DNA of 60,000 nucleotides, from contig CM075989.1 of NCBI GenBank assembly GCA_038087875.1, positions 12,898,001 through 12,958,000 on the forward strand. The letters are read 5' to 3'. The DNA is from Malacoraja senta (taxonomy: Eukaryota). The notes beneath the pieces were generated by a model. That model saw only the letters and a list, made by a program, of their open reading frames with translations. It made no database searches and was not told where the DNA came from. A program made the position numbers and the translations under genes. Below are positions 56,793-60,000 of this stretch, one piece after another (position 1 is the stretch's first letter; every line of letters starts with the position of its first letter).

Positions 56793-57816
56793 ATGGGCGG
56801 AAATCTTAGGAGGGGATGGGGGCCCACGTCCCTCCCATGCTTTGAGAAGTGGGGGACAATCCCCCCCATGTTTTGTAATCCGGATTTTGAAATTCAGTGA
56901 AAAAAATTCTATTAAAATCTCCGCTTTCCGTGAGACAGTGGGGGTGTCACTGTTAAGTGCTTGTTAAATGTCTCTATTAACATCGTATTAACACAACGTG
57001 TCACCAATTGTGTTTTGACCTTCAAGTATTACTGAAGGCATTCACGAATTTCTTAAAGCTGTCTGATGTGGGTACAATTACCATCTATCTATTCTATATT
57101 TTATTCTATTATATTGTATACTATATACTTACAATACTATTACTAAAACTCTCATCTTGACCACTTCCGGTTTGCGTTTTTTTAATTTACGCAAAAACGC
57201 TAACCTATATCGCTTGGATTTTTCGCCTCCTTACTCACCGTTCTCCTCTGCTCCAAGCGCACCAAGTTTTGTTCCGATCTCCCACACCCCCCTCTCCCAC
57301 ACCCCCCTTTCCCACACCCCCCCTTCCCCACCCCCTCTTACCCACACCCCCATTTCCACCACACATCCTTTACCCACACCCCCCTCTCCCACACCCCCCT
57401 TCCCCACACCCCCATTCCCCACACACCCCCTCCCCACATCCCCCTTCCCCACAGACTCCCCTTCCCCACAGACTCCCCTTCCCCACAGACTCCCCTTCCC
57501 CACACCCGCCCTTCCCCCACCCCCCTTCCCCCACACCCCCCTCCCACAAACCCCACCTCCCTCATCCCCCTCCCTCACCACCCCTTCCCCAACCCCCCCT
57601 TCCCCCACATCACCCATTTCCACCACCACCCCTTTCCCCACCCTCCTCTCCCACACCCCCCCCCCCACCACCTTCCCCTCCCCACCACCTTCCCCTCCCC
57701 ATCCCCCTCCCGATGTTACCATCCAGAGGGTCCACGGCCAAAGCCTGGCGTGTGCACACGGGAACCAAAAATTGTCCCCCCCCCCCCCCATGTTTTGAAA
57801 GTGATTTCCGCCCCAT
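56793..57816. mobile_element. hAT-like non-autonomous element with a nested Helitron 5' fragment (57084-~57710)
   Basis: ATGGGCGGAAATC ... GATTTCCGCCCCAT termini; subterminal CCCCCCCATGTTTTG near both ends; no clear TSD. Confidence 0.5.
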
Positions 57817-58453
57817 TACTTTTAAGCCAACCTGTTTGGGAGGTAGATTGTCAATTGGATGTAATGGTGGTAGAACCAGAATATGGGATTAATTTAATAT
57901 ATATGCTTAGTGCAATTTACTCTTCAAGAACATTGTGTTCCCATGAGTCATGTCCCTGGGAATTTCGGAATATTTGGAGGTGGAGCATGTAAAGATTAAA
58001 AATATAAAGAATTATCAGTCTCGTAATAGAGGTTTCTAAATAATGGTGCAGGATTGAATCCAATATTTATCTCTGTTGGATGAATTATGGAACTTAAAAA
58101 AAAACACAATACAAAATCAATGTTTGCCTCAGCCCTGGTTATTCATGTGGGAAAAGTTTACTCACCCCCTCAAACCTGTTCAGCCATACAGAACAGTAAA
58201 GTGGAGACACAATGAACTGCAGATGCTGGTTTACAAAAAATACACAAAAAGTGCTGGAGTAACTCAGCGGGTCAGGCAGCACCTATCAGATCCACTGAGT
58301 TACTCCAGCACATTATGTCCTTTTTTGTGTAAACCAGCAACTGCAATGCCTTGTGTCCCCACTCCACTGTTCTATGTTCTATATGGCTGAGTAAACAGTA
58401 AAGCACAGGAATAATCCCTTCGGCCCATAATGCCAGTGCTGAAATAAAGAGTA

Positions 58454-60000
58454 CTAGACTAAGTGGGACCCGTTGGGTCCCAGTCACATGGGAGGCCTGG
58501 TCCCCCCAACGCAACCCATTCTCCAATGCAATATTCCACCACTCACCTGTTCCCCCAACGCAACAGCGGGAGGGTTCTATAGCCAGGGGACAGGGACGGC
58601 TTCAGGCGGGGAGCGTCCTGCAGCCATGGGAGGGGGGTGGGGAGGTGTGGGGGAGGGTGGTGTGGGGAGGGGGTGGTGTGCGGGAGGGGTAGCATTGGGT
58701 GTGTATGTGGGGGGGAGGGGTGTATGTGGTGGGGGAAGGGGTGTGTGGGAGGGGGCAGGGGGTGTGTGGGGGGGGGGGGTGTGGATGTGTGGGCTCAGCA
58801 GCTCCCAGACCCGGCTCCGACCACACTCACCAGATCCAGGACTCGACTCCGGACTCATTCAGCGGCTCCCGTCCCCGGCGCCTGACGCACTCAACGGCTC
58901 CCTGCTCGTCATGGTGATCGCCGCCCCCAATCGCAAACACTGATCCCGCCCACACTCTGCTCACTCCGCTCCTTCAGCTTTATTCTCACCACCGGTGATT
59001 GACAGCGGGTGCCTGAAGGGGCGTCGCCGACCCGGCAAATGACAGACGAATAACTTTTGTAATATTTTACCGATCGGAATAAAACTTGATGCACTTGCAG
59101 CACAGAATGGCGAGTAAGGTGGAGGGGTTGTGGGGGGAGGTAGTGGGGGGAGGGGTTGTGGGGGGAGGGGTTGTGGGGGGAGGGGTTGTGGGGGGAGGGG
59201 TTGTGGGGGGAGGGGTTGTGGGGGGTGGAAGGGGTTGTGGGGGTGTGGAAGGGGGGGGGTGTGGGAGGGAGGAGTGTGTGGGGGGTTGGGCTGTGGGGGG
59301 GAGAGGTGTGGGGGCAGGGGGGGAGAGAGCTCGGAGAAAAGACGGTGGAAGAGCCATGGGGGAGAGTGCGGTATTATGGGGAGGGGGGCAGGAGCCAGCG
59401 AGGGGGACCAGAGGGGAAGGGGTTGGGGGTGCGATGGGGACTCACAGCAGGTGCTGGTCGCTTCGCTGGTCGTTCTCCTCCGCCAGGAGTCTCTGCTTTC
59501 TGTTTGGCGACATCGGCGCCATCTCCAACTCGCCGCTGGCTGGACTGGGTCGGGCCGGGTCGGGCCATCCAGCCTCCTGCAGCTGCAGTAAAGACACGGG
59601 GGAGAGAGAGCTCAGGGTGTGTGTGGGCAGGGGGGGGGGGGGTTGTGAGGGGTTGTGGAAGGGAGGGGTGTGTGGGAGGGAGGTGTGTGTGTGTGGGGGG
59701 AGTGGGGGGGTTGGGCTGTGGGGGGGGAAGGGTGTGGGGGCAGGGGGGGAGAGAGCTCAGAGAAAAGAGGGTGGGAGAGCCATGGGGGAGTGTTTGGTAT
59801 TATGGGGAAGGGGGCAGGAGCCAGCAAGGGGGACCAGAGGGAAAGTGGTTGGGGTGCGATGGGAACTCACAGCGGGCACTGGTCCCTTTGCTGGCTGCTT
59901 CGCTGGTCACTTCGCTGGCCGCTTCGCTGGTTGTTCTCCCCACGGCTCACGGACTCAATCAGCGCGGCTTGTGGACTCAGCCCCGGCTCCGGGGTTTTAT
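58454..60000 (-). mobile_element. Non-autonomous Helitron with canonical 3' end (continues beyond window)
   Basis: Minus strand reads TGGGACCC-AAC-GGGTCCCA hairpin (58464-58482), then CTTAGT-CTAG|T. The window end GGGTTTTAT matches 4111-4119 of the related copy. Confidence 0.7.
59123..59245 (+). repeat. 15-bp G-rich minisatellite (GGGGTTGTGGGGGGA)n
   Basis: About 7-8 tandem units. Confidence 0.9.

Noticed and set aside
57157..59827. Long Pro-rich/Gly-rich ORFs (extensin- or collagen-like)
   Set aside because: They arise from C/G low-complexity tracts lacking stop codons; the same applies to 15434-16179.

Overview
Eukaryotic vertebrate genomic DNA, most likely a cartilaginous fish (skate/ray-type CR1/HER1 LINE tails, tRNA-headed SINEs and Penelope repeats; taxon inferred from repeat content only). 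The window holds a complete 20-coding-exon aminopeptidase N gene (ANPEP/CD13) on the minus strand: ATG at 50230, stop ending at 6005, about 971 aa once corrected, with GAMEN, HELAH-x18-E and the catalytic Tyr intact. About 5.8 kb downstream on the same strand lie the CpG-island promoter and first coding exon of MTFMT, which runs off the window start. Three consecutive ANPEP exons (10-12) carry net +1 indels, probably assembly errors. Introns and flanks are full of mobile elements: CR1/HER1, Rex1/Babar, Penelope with hammerhead-ribozyme cores, SINEs, a non-autonomous Helitron family with canonical termini, hAT-type elements (a 36-bp pure palindrome with an 8-bp TSD in the MTFMT promoter and a 997-bp element with a 7-bp TSD), a PIF/Harbinger-like MITE, a Gypsy remnant and a recent ~2 kb tandem duplication. 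There are no prokaryotic features or CRISPR arrays. All homology calls are by eye and recall, and repeat boundaries are approximate.
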